Assembly: GCA_046760505.1 (NCBI GenBank)
Contig: JBHIEG010000026.1
Span: 1-21,268 of the forward strand
Direction of reading: 5' to 3'
DNA: 21,268 nucleotides
DNA from: Candidatus Hydrothermarchaeota archaeon
GTDB taxonomy: Archaea > CAYFZR01
Positions 1-7,524 of the stretch are shown here, one piece after another. The notes beneath the pieces were generated by a model, which saw nothing but the letters and a program-made list of their open reading frames with translations, did not search any database and was not told the DNA's origin. The first letter of the stretch is position 1; every line of letters begins with the position of its first letter. The position numbers and the translations under genes are program-made.

Positions 1-117
1 TTTTAAGGTCTCAGGATTGATTTGAAAGGATCTTGTGGAATCTTTCCAGAGGATGTAAAATTTTTACCACAAAAAATATAGCGAGTTATTAAAGATCTAA
101 ATTGAAGGTGATATGAG

Positions 118-333
118 TTGGGGGAAAAGGAAGAGATTGAAAGAAGAAGTAGGCTCATTCAATCTAAACTGAGGGATATACTGAGACTATGTGATCTAGA
201 GAAATTAGATTTATTGGAGAGAGAACTAGAGGATATCCGTCAGAATCTCATACTATTCTGGGATTTTAGCGAGGTGGAGAAAGCCAAAGTGAAAAGATGC
301 CTTTGCTACAATCCCAGGAAGTGCCCGGCATAG
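118..333 (+). CDS. Small hypothetical protein (helical N-terminus, Cys-rich C-terminus)
   Basis: 71-aa ORF with TTG start preceded by an AGGTGAT RBS-like motif at ~106-112; same strand as, and 37 nt upstream of, the GH57 gene. Confidence 0.5.
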   Translation: MGEKEEIERRSRLIQSKLRDILRLCDLEKLDLLERELEDIRQNLILFWDFSEVEKAKVKRCLCYNPRKCPA

Positions 334-370
334 AGTACCGATAAAAAATTCAACAAGGAATTCGGCAAAA

Positions 371-1852
371 ATGCCAGATATATGTCTTTGTTTCGAAGTT
401 CATCAGCCCTACAGGCTAAATAAAGATTTTTACTGGAATAAAACTAGACTTAAAAAGGATATAGATCTTTTCAACCTCTACTTTGATGAGGTAACGGATA
501 AAAAAATACTGGATAGAGTGGCAAACAAATGCTACTTTCCGACCAATAACCTAATTTTGAAAGCCATAGATTTTTTTAAATCTGAGAAAGGCAGGATCAG
601 GATTGCATTGAGTTTGTCAGGAGTTTTCATAGAGCAGTGCGAAAAATACAATCCAGATCTGCTGGATTCGTTTCAGAAATTAGCAGACACAAAATGCGTT
701 GAATTTTTAAATCAAACTTACTACCATTCTTTAGCAAGTTTATACGAAGATAAGGATGAATTCATAGAACAGGTTGAAATGCATAGGTCTTTAATTAAAG
801 ATTTGTTCAAAATCGAGCCGGTGGTTTTTGAAAATACGGAGTTGATCTACAACAACAGAATAGCCAAGATAGCCGAAGAATTGGGTTTTAAGGGAATATA
901 TACGGAGGGAATAGAGAGAATATTAAATGGACGCTCTCCAAATTATATTTACAGGGCTTTTAACTCCGAGATAAAAGTTTTACTGAGAAATTATAGACTT
1001 ACAGATGATTTCGGATTTAGATTCTCAGCCAAATGGTGGGAGGAGTATCCACTTACTGCCGAAAAATACGCCACCTGGCTTGAGTCTACCCCCGGACAAA
1101 TAATAAATTTGTTCGCTGACTACGAAACTTTCGGCGAGCATCACTGGCCTGAGACCGGAATTCACGATTTTCTATGGCATTTGTTCCTTGAGGTTAACAA
1201 AAGACCTTCCCTTACTTTTATTACGCCGGGAGAAGCAATCGAAAAACATCAGGCAGCGGGAGAGATAGACGTTTACGAAAAAATAGATACGGTATCTTGG
1301 GCGGATTTAGAAAGGGATACAAGTTGCTGGCTTGGCAATCAAATGCAGCACGCATGTTATAAAGGGATAAAGGACCTTGGCAATCTGATTAAAGAAACTG
1401 AAAATGAGGAGTTTAAAAGAATATGGAGGCTCCTTCAAACTAGCGATCATTTTTACTATATGTTTACGGCTGGTGGAGCACCAGGAGAGGTGCACAGTTA
1501 CTTCAGTCATTTTAACACGCCCATGGATGCTTTTTTGACTTACTTCAGCATTTTATGCGATTTTGAAAATAGAGTCAAAGAGGGTATAAAAATCGTAGAT
1601 CCATTCTACTTCTTTATCAGAGATGGAGAATTTACAGGAAAGGTCGCTTTCAGTTTAAAGGGCTTTAAAAAAATTATAGAAAAAATAGACATTTCGAGCA
1701 TTGAGTACCATATGAAAAGGGGAGACATAGAGAACTGGATGAGTCATTCCATAAAAAATCAAGAATTGGCAAATAAAATCGCCAACCTAAAGGAAATGGA
1801 AGGTGAAAGGCTGAGAAAGGCTTTGATTAATCTAATAAGCCAAATTATCTAG
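371..1852 (+). CDS. Glycoside hydrolase family 57 (alpha-amylase/amylopullulanase-like) with a C-terminal DUF5752-like domain
   Basis: GH57 motifs FEVHQP, QTYYHSL, FENTELIYN (nucleophile Glu), DYETFGEH (acid/base Asp), SWAD and LQTSDHFYYM; C-terminal PFYF...SIEYHMKRGDIENW domain. Confidence 0.92.
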   Translation: MPDICLCFEVHQPYRLNKDFYWNKTRLKKDIDLFNLYFDEVTDKKILDRVANKCYFPTNNLILKAIDFFKSEKGRIRIALSLSGVFIEQCEKYNPDLLDSFQKLADTKCVEFLNQTYYHSLASLYEDKDEFIEQVEMHRSLIKDLFKIEPVVFENTELIYNNRIAKIAEELGFKGIYTEGIERILNGRSPNYIYRAFNSEIKVLLRNYRLTDDFGFRFSAKWWEEYPLTAEKYATWLESTPGQIINLFADYETFGEHHWPETGIHDFLWHLFLEVNKRPSLTFITPGEAIEKHQAAGEIDVYEKIDTVSWADLERDTSCWLGNQMQHACYKGIKDLGNLIKETENEEFKRIWRLLQTSDHFYYMFTAGGAPGEVHSYFSHFNTPMDAFLTYFSILCDFENRVKEGIKIVDPFYFFIRDGEFTGKVAFSLKGFKKIIEKIDISSIEYHMKRGDIENWMSHSIKNQELANKIANLKEMEGERLRKALINLISQII

Positions 1853-2125
1853 CTAAAACCAAGAAACGTTTTTTTCGTAGTTGAATATTAGATCCACCAT
1901 ATCGTCGTACGAAACAAGGTTTAAGTCTCCCTTCAATCCTCTAGCAAGAAAATCATCCTTAGAAACATAGATCTTTACATTAGGGTGTTCTTCAAAATTT
2001 AGATAGGCGTAAACTCCATCTTGAATCAGCAAAACTCCTACTTCCTCTTCTCTGCTCCTTATTTTAATCAGTTCTTTTACGAATGAGAGTTCTCTATTCG
2101 AAGCTATTATGTATAGAGTTGACAT
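1853..2125 (-). CDS. DsrH/TusB-family sulfur-relay subunit
   Basis: VLLIQDGVY, DDFLARGL and VSYDDMVDLI...SW are typical of DsrH/TusB. The start is placed at ATG 2125 (MSTLYII), just after the upstream gene's stop, rather than at 2158. Confidence 0.85.
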   Translation of the reverse strand: MSTLYIIASNRELSFVKELIKIRSREEEVGVLLIQDGVYAYLNFEEHPNVKIYVSKDDFLARGLKGDLNLVSYDDMVDLIFNYEKNVSWF

Positions 2126-2126
2126 T

Positions 2127-2474
2127 TTACCAAGCCCATACAAAATCGCTTTTAGCAATAATCCGGTCTATTTCAGCCAAATCTACTTTATTAAAAAAGG
2201 AGGGGACCTCTTCAATTTTTCTCTTCATCAAATCTTTCTCATACACATAAAAACTGGCATTGGTCATTTTCAGAAGTTCAATATCCTTATAAATCTCCTT
2301 TTGGCTTATCAATGCGGATTTTTGGTCTGGTAATATGGAATAGACGCCTTCTCCAATGAATATCAGGTTTACGGAGTGGTCTCCTATTGTACATCCTACT
2401 GCAAGCCTTAATGCCTCCTCCGTATTCAAAGAACCGTATGGGGGCCTACGTATTACAATAGATATGGTACGCAT
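2127..2474 (-). CDS. DsrF/TusC-family sulfur-relay subunit
   Basis: RRPPYGS...EALRLA, IFIGEGVYSILPDQ and DLMKR motifs; no Cys at the DsrE active-site position. Confidence 0.85.
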   Translation of the reverse strand: MRTISIVIRRPPYGSLNTEEALRLAVGCTIGDHSVNLIFIGEGVYSILPDQKSALISQKEIYKDIELLKMTNASFYVYEKDLMKRKIEEVPSFFNKVDLAEIDRIIAKSDFVWAW

Positions 2475-2482
2475 AAGAACAC

Positions 2483-2827
2483 CTAGACAAAACAGATTAG
2501 ACGGTCTACCTCCTTTACTATGTTGGATAGATCGTACATATCTCCGTACTTCGCATTTTTGATTAGATCTTTTTCTTCAAAACCTCTTTCCTTAACGTTC
2601 TGTCCGCAGGTAACCAGATTAATGTTTAACTTGGAAAGTTCATCTGGTATGTTTATCTTCTCCTTCGTAAACTCCAGGTTTGGACAGGCATTATAAATCC
2701 CGTTATCCATGAGAAACAATGATACACTATGTCCCTTTTTCAATGCAGATTTTATCAACTTCAGGACAGTGGTAGAATTTTGCGAATTAAATGGATCTGT
2801 ATAAAGTATTATTCCTAGATGTCCCAT
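2483..2827 (-). CDS. DsrE/TusD-family sulfurtransferase subunit
   Basis: DPFNSQ, SLFLMDNGIYN, active-site-position Cys in VTCGQNVKERG, and DLSNIVKEVDRLICF. Confidence 0.85.
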   Translation of the reverse strand: MGHLGIILYTDPFNSQNSTTVLKLIKSALKKGHSVSLFLMDNGIYNACPNLEFTKEKINIPDELSKLNINLVTCGQNVKERGFEEKDLIKNAKYGDMYDLSNIVKEVDRLICFV

Positions 2828-2941
2828 GAAATCCCCTCGAAGGAGTTCCTTTGATCGTTTAGATATATTTTTTTTATGGCATCAATTGCCGCAAACGATA
2901 GTGGAATATAGTATTTTTTGGTTAGGAAGTTGGGGAGTGAG

Positions 2942-3265
2942 ATGAAACTACTGCTAATATCGACGAAGGATCCAATCTCTCATGAACACCCGGAACTTGT
3001 ACTCGAAATAGCAAAAATAGCGAAAGAAAAAGGAGCCCATGTAAAGATATTCTTAATAGAGGACGGAGTCCTCCTTAGAAAGGGACAGGAAATAGAGGAA
3101 AAAGTGAAAGAAACAGCGGAAGCAGGAATCAGCATAAAGGCAGAGGACATTTCTTTGAAGACAAGAGGTGTTTCTGAGGACAAACTCGTGGATAATATAG
3201 AGGTATCGAATCTTGATGAACTCTTCGACTCCATAATTGAGTTCGATAGGGTGGTATGGTTTTAA
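2942..3265 (+). CDS. DsrE/F/H-superfamily protein (DsrH-like, Cys-less)
   Basis: IFLIEDGV, ISLKTRGV and LDELFDSIIEFDRVVWF; ATG at 2942 follows a GGGGAG/GAGTGA RBS. Confidence 0.8.
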   Translation: MKLLLISTKDPISHEHPELVLEIAKIAKEKGAHVKIFLIEDGVLLRKGQEIEEKVKETAEAGISIKAEDISLKTRGVSEDKLVDNIEVSNLDELFDSIIEFDRVVWF

Positions 3266-3277
3266 GAGGTGAAATAA

Positions 3278-3643
3278 ATGAGAAAAGAAATTACTTTCTT
3301 CATGGTAAGAGGACCATATGATGATGAATCAGTGTACACAGCACTAAGACTGGCTCAAAAAGCAAGAGAAAAAAAAGTCAACGTAAACTTCTTCTTCTAT
3401 CTTACAAGTACCGTGGTTGGAAATAGAGGACAAAAACCAGCGGAATACCCGCCAATTGAAGAGTTGGTAAGGGACATACTTAAGAAAGGTCTGAAGAACC
3501 CTAAAGCAGATGCAATCGCATGTATAAAATGTACAGACGCGAGAGGAGTTACGAATAGCCAGACGGAGGGCATCATAATAGGCGGTCTGTACGATCTAAT
3601 GGAGTGGATAAGGGATACAGACAAAACCATAATGCTGTCTTGA
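3278..3643 (+). CDS. DsrE-family sulfurtransferase/peroxiredoxin-like protein with CxxC
   Basis: RGPYDDE..YTALRLA, ACIKCTDARG and GGLYDLMEWI..TDK; GAGGTGA RBS. Confidence 0.85.
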   Translation: MRKEITFFMVRGPYDDESVYTALRLAQKAREKKVNVNFFFYLTSTVVGNRGQKPAEYPPIEELVRDILKKGLKNPKADAIACIKCTDARGVTNSQTEGIIIGGLYDLMEWIRDTDKTIMLS

Positions 3644-3644
3644 G

Positions 3645-4031
3645 GTGATTGAGGTGGGAAAGAAGGTACTCACAATAATAACGAGGGCACCTTACGGAAG
3701 TGAAGACAATTTCGGAGCCTTAGACATGATCTCCACCGCTCCAGCCGCCGATTTGGAAGCAGAGGTAATATTCCTGGGAGGAGGAGTTCATAGCACGGTG
3801 AAGGGGCAGGAACCGGGATACGGTCCCCTTGCAATATGGAGAAAGGGAATACCAAGTGTCGAAGATAGAATTAATAATGCGAAGGAATTTGGAGTAAAAA
3901 TATCCGTGCTGGATAGAGATCTGAAAAGAAGGGGGATAGGAGAAGAAGAACTCATATCGGGCATTGATATAATCTCTTTGGAAGAGGTGACGGATAAGAT
4001 ATTAGAGAGTGATGCCACATTTGTATTTTAG
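3645..4031 (+). CDS. DsrF/TusC-family protein
   Basis: TRAPYGSE, IFLGGGVHS.VKGQ, DLKRRGI and ESDATFVF; no Cys. Confidence 0.82.
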   Translation: MIEVGKKVLTIITRAPYGSEDNFGALDMISTAPAADLEAEVIFLGGGVHSTVKGQEPGYGPLAIWRKGIPSVEDRINNAKEFGVKISVLDRDLKRRGIGEEELISGIDIISLEEVTDKILESDATFVF

Positions 4032-4039
4032 GTGATAGG

Positions 4040-4276
4040 ATGAAAGAAATAAAGCCAAGCCATACACTGGATGTGAAGGGAAAGATATGTCCCTATCCCC
4101 TCTTCCATACAAAAAAGACGGTAGAAATACTCAATAAAGGAGAAATATTGGAAGTAATAGCAACCGACCCAGTGGCTCCTGATAACATTTCTTCATGGGC
4201 AGAAGACCACGGACATGAAATACTTGAGGTTAGAAAGGAAGGAGATGTGTTCAAAATATACCTGAGGAAGGGTTAA
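4040..4276 (+). CDS. tusA: TusA/SirA-family sulfur carrier
   Basis: LDVKGKICPYP (CPxP), GEILEVIATDP and W...GH motifs; 78 aa; AGGTGA RBS. Confidence 0.92.
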   Translation: MKEIKPSHTLDVKGKICPYPLFHTKKTVEILNKGEILEVIATDPVAPDNISSWAEDHGHEILEVRKEGDVFKIYLRKG

Positions 4277-4277
4277 C

Positions 4278-4625
4278 TTGAGGGAGATAATTGCCAGGGG
4301 GGAGATGTGTGTTGGATGTAGAGCATGCGAAATCGCATGCTCTTATTACCAGCAAAAAACCTTCAATCCGTCTATTTCTTGTTTAATAATCTGGAGAGGT
4401 AATGAAAAGGAAGGAGAAACAGGAATAATGCTTAAAAAACCAGGAACATTCGTTTTGGCATATGAAACAGGCGACGTTGAGGTAATAAGGGAAGATGAAG
4501 CAAGTGGAGAGATGGCTGACAAGCCAATTCTAAGCAGAAAAGACTGCGATTCATGTGTTAAACTTGAAAACGCCCTTTGCACTATTTTTTGCTTGAGAAA
4601 TGCCTTAATCCAGAGAGAGGTATAG
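4278..4625 (+). CDS. 4Fe-4S dicluster ferredoxin-like protein (AOR-partner type)
   Basis: CVGCRACEIAC followed by FNPSIS, and a second cluster motif CDSC-x7-CTIFC; lies directly upstream of the AOR-like gene. Confidence 0.82.
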   Translation: MREIIARGEMCVGCRACEIACSYYQQKTFNPSISCLIIWRGNEKEGETGIMLKKPGTFVLAYETGDVEVIREDEASGEMADKPILSRKDCDSCVKLENALCTIFCLRNALIQREV

Positions 4626-4627
4626 TT

Positions 4628-5806
4628 TTGACCTACAATAGATTAATTCTTCTGATAGATCTTTTTAAAAAGGAGTATGAAGAAATAGACCTTGAAGATG
4701 ATATTATAGAGGAGAAAATTGGCGGAATAGGAATAAATGAATACATTATGGAGAAATCAAACAGAAATTCGGTGATAATAGGGACCGGTCCGCTGACAGG
4801 ATCTCTGACATTGGGATCCTGCATAGGTGTTTTATCCGGATTTTCGCCGGTAACTGCCAAATTGGAGCACGTGGTTATAGATTGGCATTTCTCTCCTGAG
4901 TTAAAGTTCGCGGGTTATGATTTCCTAGTAATAAAGAACAAATCTTTAGAGCCAGTTTTTCTGTGGATACACGACGAGATCGCTGACATAATGAATGCGC
5001 ACGATTATTGGGGACTTGATGCCAGAACAACCACTGAAAAAATAAGAACGGATCTGGGTTATGAGAACGTTCAGGTTTTAAACATAGGGATTCCCGGAGA
5101 GTATAGAAAGAACATATCTTCTTTTGGTCTAAATTACACTCTTCTGAGAGATCCTTATGCATTATCTGCAGTTTTCGGGGAGAAAAATCTAAAAGCAGTA
5201 GCTGTCGCAGGTCTGGGGGATTTGTATCCTCATGATCCGGAAGAATTTATTAAGCTCTCTGAAAAAGTTATAGATAGATTAAGAAACAATAAATCAGCCA
5301 TAGAATTGATGGAAAACGGAAACATAAGCCTTTTAGATGGAGCACATGTATTGGAGGGAAAGAATGCCAGAAAAAGAGGCTGTTTCTCATGTCCTGTTGC
5401 ATGTCGCTTTCATATCTTGAGCGAGGAAATCTGTTTGTGGGGTTTAGATTCAACAGACGTATACGCAATGAGAAAACTTGATTTTGAGATCGAAACGATT
5501 CTCAAAATAATCGACAGGTGTCATGCTCTTGGATTAAACGTGGAGGGCACCTTGGATATCCTAAAGAAATATGGTGTTGAAGAAAAGGATGCTCTAGATT
5601 TCGTTGAAGAGATCGCCAGAGACAGGAAAAAGTATGTATCCGAAGTTAAAAGTAGTTTTATCGTTCAAAAATTAGAAAAATTCGAAAGTTACAGACTGGG
5701 TTTATTAACAGGCGTATGCCCGTTACTGATCCATTCGGGAGTATATGACAAAGAAATCTTACAGAGTTTGATAAGAACAGCGATAGGCATTGAGACACAT
5801 TTATAA
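4628..5806 (+). CDS. Aldehyde:ferredoxin oxidoreductase-like protein, shortened (AFOR N-terminal domain plus reduced C-terminal domain)
   Basis: IGGIG, GTGPLTGS, SPVT, ELKFAGYD, IGIPGE, GEKNLKAVAV, GCFSCPVAC and distal GVCP. The likely start is TTG 4628 after a GAGAGG RBS (the ORF track starts at 4577). Confidence 0.85.
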   Translation: MTYNRLILLIDLFKKEYEEIDLEDDIIEEKIGGIGINEYIMEKSNRNSVIIGTGPLTGSLTLGSCIGVLSGFSPVTAKLEHVVIDWHFSPELKFAGYDFLVIKNKSLEPVFLWIHDEIADIMNAHDYWGLDARTTTEKIRTDLGYENVQVLNIGIPGEYRKNISSFGLNYTLLRDPYALSAVFGEKNLKAVAVAGLGDLYPHDPEEFIKLSEKVIDRLRNNKSAIELMENGNISLLDGAHVLEGKNARKRGCFSCPVACRFHILSEEICLWGLDSTDVYAMRKLDFEIETILKIIDRCHALGLNVEGTLDILKKYGVEEKDALDFVEEIARDRKKYVSEVKSSFIVQKLEKFESYRLGLLTGVCPLLIHSGVYDKEILQSLIRTAIGIETHL

Positions 5807-5850
5807 ACCATCTGTAAAAATTTTACAAAATCTGGAATATAACCGGATTC

Positions 5851-6585
5851 TCATCTTTTTCTAAACTTATACAGGTCTAATTCCGCTGAAACAATTTCTT
5901 CCTTGTTTTCTTTTTCTGCCTCGCGAACGATACCCCATGGAGATACTATCGCACTTTTGCTGCCTATAATTTTTCCCCTCGAAGATAACCCGAGACAGGC
6001 ATTTTTTAAAATAAACAATGAATTTTCCCTTGCCATTTTTACAGAAGCAGGATGCCCGGTTACCGGAGGATGATCTTCAGATGGCAAAGAGATCGGGAGG
6101 AATATTACATCAGCACCCATGACCGCTAATTTTTTTACCGTCTCTGGGTAGAGTATATCAGCACATATTAGAATGCCTATTCTAGCATGCCCAGAATCGT
6201 AAACAAAAAAGTCCTTACCCGCTTCGAGCCCTTTTTCTCTCTCTTTATCAGTTATATGTATTTTTTTGTATTTTCCTAGTATTTCGCCATTTTTAAATAA
6301 GAATGCTGTGTTATAATATTTGTCTTTCTCTTTTTCGATTACTGTTCCACCAACGATATAGATACCGAGCTTTTCTGATATCTCTTCGAGTAGTGAGATG
6401 GTGGGATAAAAGGTTCTCTCGTATATTTCCTCTATAGGCTCCTCTAAGGATGTTACTGAAAAATACTCTGGCAAGCAAATGAAATCGGGCTTGAATTCAT
6501 TGAAAGACTTCAGTATCAATCTTTCTGCCTTTTTCAAGTTTGATTCAAAATCTCTGATTTCCATTTGGATTAAACTTACTCGCAT
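5851..6585 (-). CDS. Carbon-nitrogen hydrolase (nitrilase/amidase superfamily)
   Basis: Glu-Lys-Cys triad motifs LPEY, YKKIH and ICADILYPE; also YNTA and SAIVSPWG. Likely start MRVSLIQ at 6585. Confidence 0.9.
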   Translation of the reverse strand: MRVSLIQMEIRDFESNLKKAERLILKSFNEFKPDFICLPEYFSVTSLEEPIEEIYERTFYPTISLLEEISEKLGIYIVGGTVIEKEKDKYYNTAFLFKNGEILGKYKKIHITDKEREKGLEAGKDFFVYDSGHARIGILICADILYPETVKKLAVMGADVIFLPISLPSEDHPPVTGHPASVKMARENSLFILKNACLGLSSRGKIIGSKSAIVSPWGIVREAEKENKEEIVSAELDLYKFRKR

Positions 6586-6607
6586 GCTATTTTCATGCTT
6601 ATTATGC

Positions 6608-7021
6608 TTATTCAATGGATCTGGAGAGTTCTGACAGAGGATGACCCTTGCACTTCAGTTCAAATTTTTTGTACCATCCAAATGGGGCTCTCGTTACTCG
6701 ATAGTTTTTTTCCTCCAGTCTTTTATGCACCTCATTTAACAATTCAACCGCTATCTTAGGAGAGGCTAGATTGGAAGAAAGATGGGCAAATGGATATAAA
6801 ACGATATCTTTCGCTTTTACCTTCTCTGCCACATCAATTATATTTTCCAAGGTTTTTTCAAGCGTTTTTCCATCCTCGTCAATTTTCTCTACTGCGGTGA
6901 AACAGACCAAGCAATCATGCACGGTTGTCTTTTCCTTTTTGATATCCTCCACTACAGGTATTTTGACCTTTTTAGTGGGCTCAAAACTGATGTAATCAGA
7001 GTGAATGAAAAGTATTTTCAT
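6608..7021 (-). CDS. Free-standing archaeal threonyl-tRNA synthetase editing domain (DTD-like Ser-tRNA(Thr) deacylase)
   Basis: MKILFIHSDY, LYPFAHLSSNLASP, RAPFGWYK and CKGHPLSELSRSI match the archaeal ThrRS N-terminal editing domain; 137 aa with no catalytic domain. Confidence 0.9.
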   Translation of the reverse strand: MKILFIHSDYISFEPTKKVKIPVVEDIKKEKTTVHDCLVCFTAVEKIDEDGKTLEKTLENIIDVAEKVKAKDIVLYPFAHLSSNLASPKIAVELLNEVHKRLEEKNYRVTRAPFGWYKKFELKCKGHPLSELSRSIE

Positions 7022-7029
7022 AGTCTCTC

Positions 7030-7401
7030 CTAGTTTGCTTTTATTTCTCTTGAAAGAACGGATAAAGGATGTCCTTTAGATCTCAAGGCTAAATTTCGAC
7101 ACATAAGACTTCCTGAAGTGACGTTATATCCTTTTTTCTCCAATGAATCCTGAAGTTTCTCCAGAAAACACGCGGCCTCGTCTACGAAGCATGACTCACA
7201 ATTTTTGAAGGGAGAGGAAGGGTATAACACAATATTTTTTGTTTTAACCTTCGATGCGACGTCCTCTATTTCTTTCACGGCTCCCTCTACTGATTTTAAC
7301 TCGTGTTCTAGGTCGCATTCTGTAATCATTACGGTTAATGCATTTGTTACTCTCTTATTTTCGATCTCTGTGAAGTCCGTGTGAACGAATAAAAATCTCA
7401 T
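7030..7401 (-). CDS. Divergent paralog of the archaeal ThrRS editing domain
   Basis: MRFLFVHTDF, EIEDVASKVKTKNIVLYP and SKGHPLSVLSREI align with the neighbouring gene, but the FAHLSS and APFGWYK motifs are replaced. Confidence 0.8.
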   Translation of the reverse strand: MRFLFVHTDFTEIENKRVTNALTVMITECDLEHELKSVEGAVKEIEDVASKVKTKNIVLYPSSPFKNCESCFVDEAACFLEKLQDSLEKKGYNVTSGSLMCRNLALRSKGHPLSVLSREIKAN

Positions 7402-7524
7402 TCAATCGCCCATCAAATTCACCTGCTAATTACCTTTATCCTTTTCGCCCTCTTATTACCGCTATGCATATTATAAGCGAAAAATATTAATAATAGTGAT
7501 TTTTAAGTTAAGCGAGGTGTTTCA

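Noticed and set aside
1853-4276. Dissimilatory sulfur oxidation (rDsr) or Tus/MnmA tRNA thiolation pathway call
   Set aside because: No dsrAB, dsrC/tusE, mnmA or sHdr genes are in the window, so family membership alone cannot assign the pathway.
4577-4627. Upstream start and 49-nt overlap for the AOR-like gene
   Set aside because: TTG at 4628 follows a GAGAGG RBS and the ferredoxin stop, so it is the more plausible start.
6595-6612. ATGCTTATT tandem repeat between the editing-domain and nitrilase genes
   Set aside because: A 9-nt duplication in AT-rich DNA, likely slippage; it only explains the spurious MNKHNKH N-terminal extension in the ORF track.
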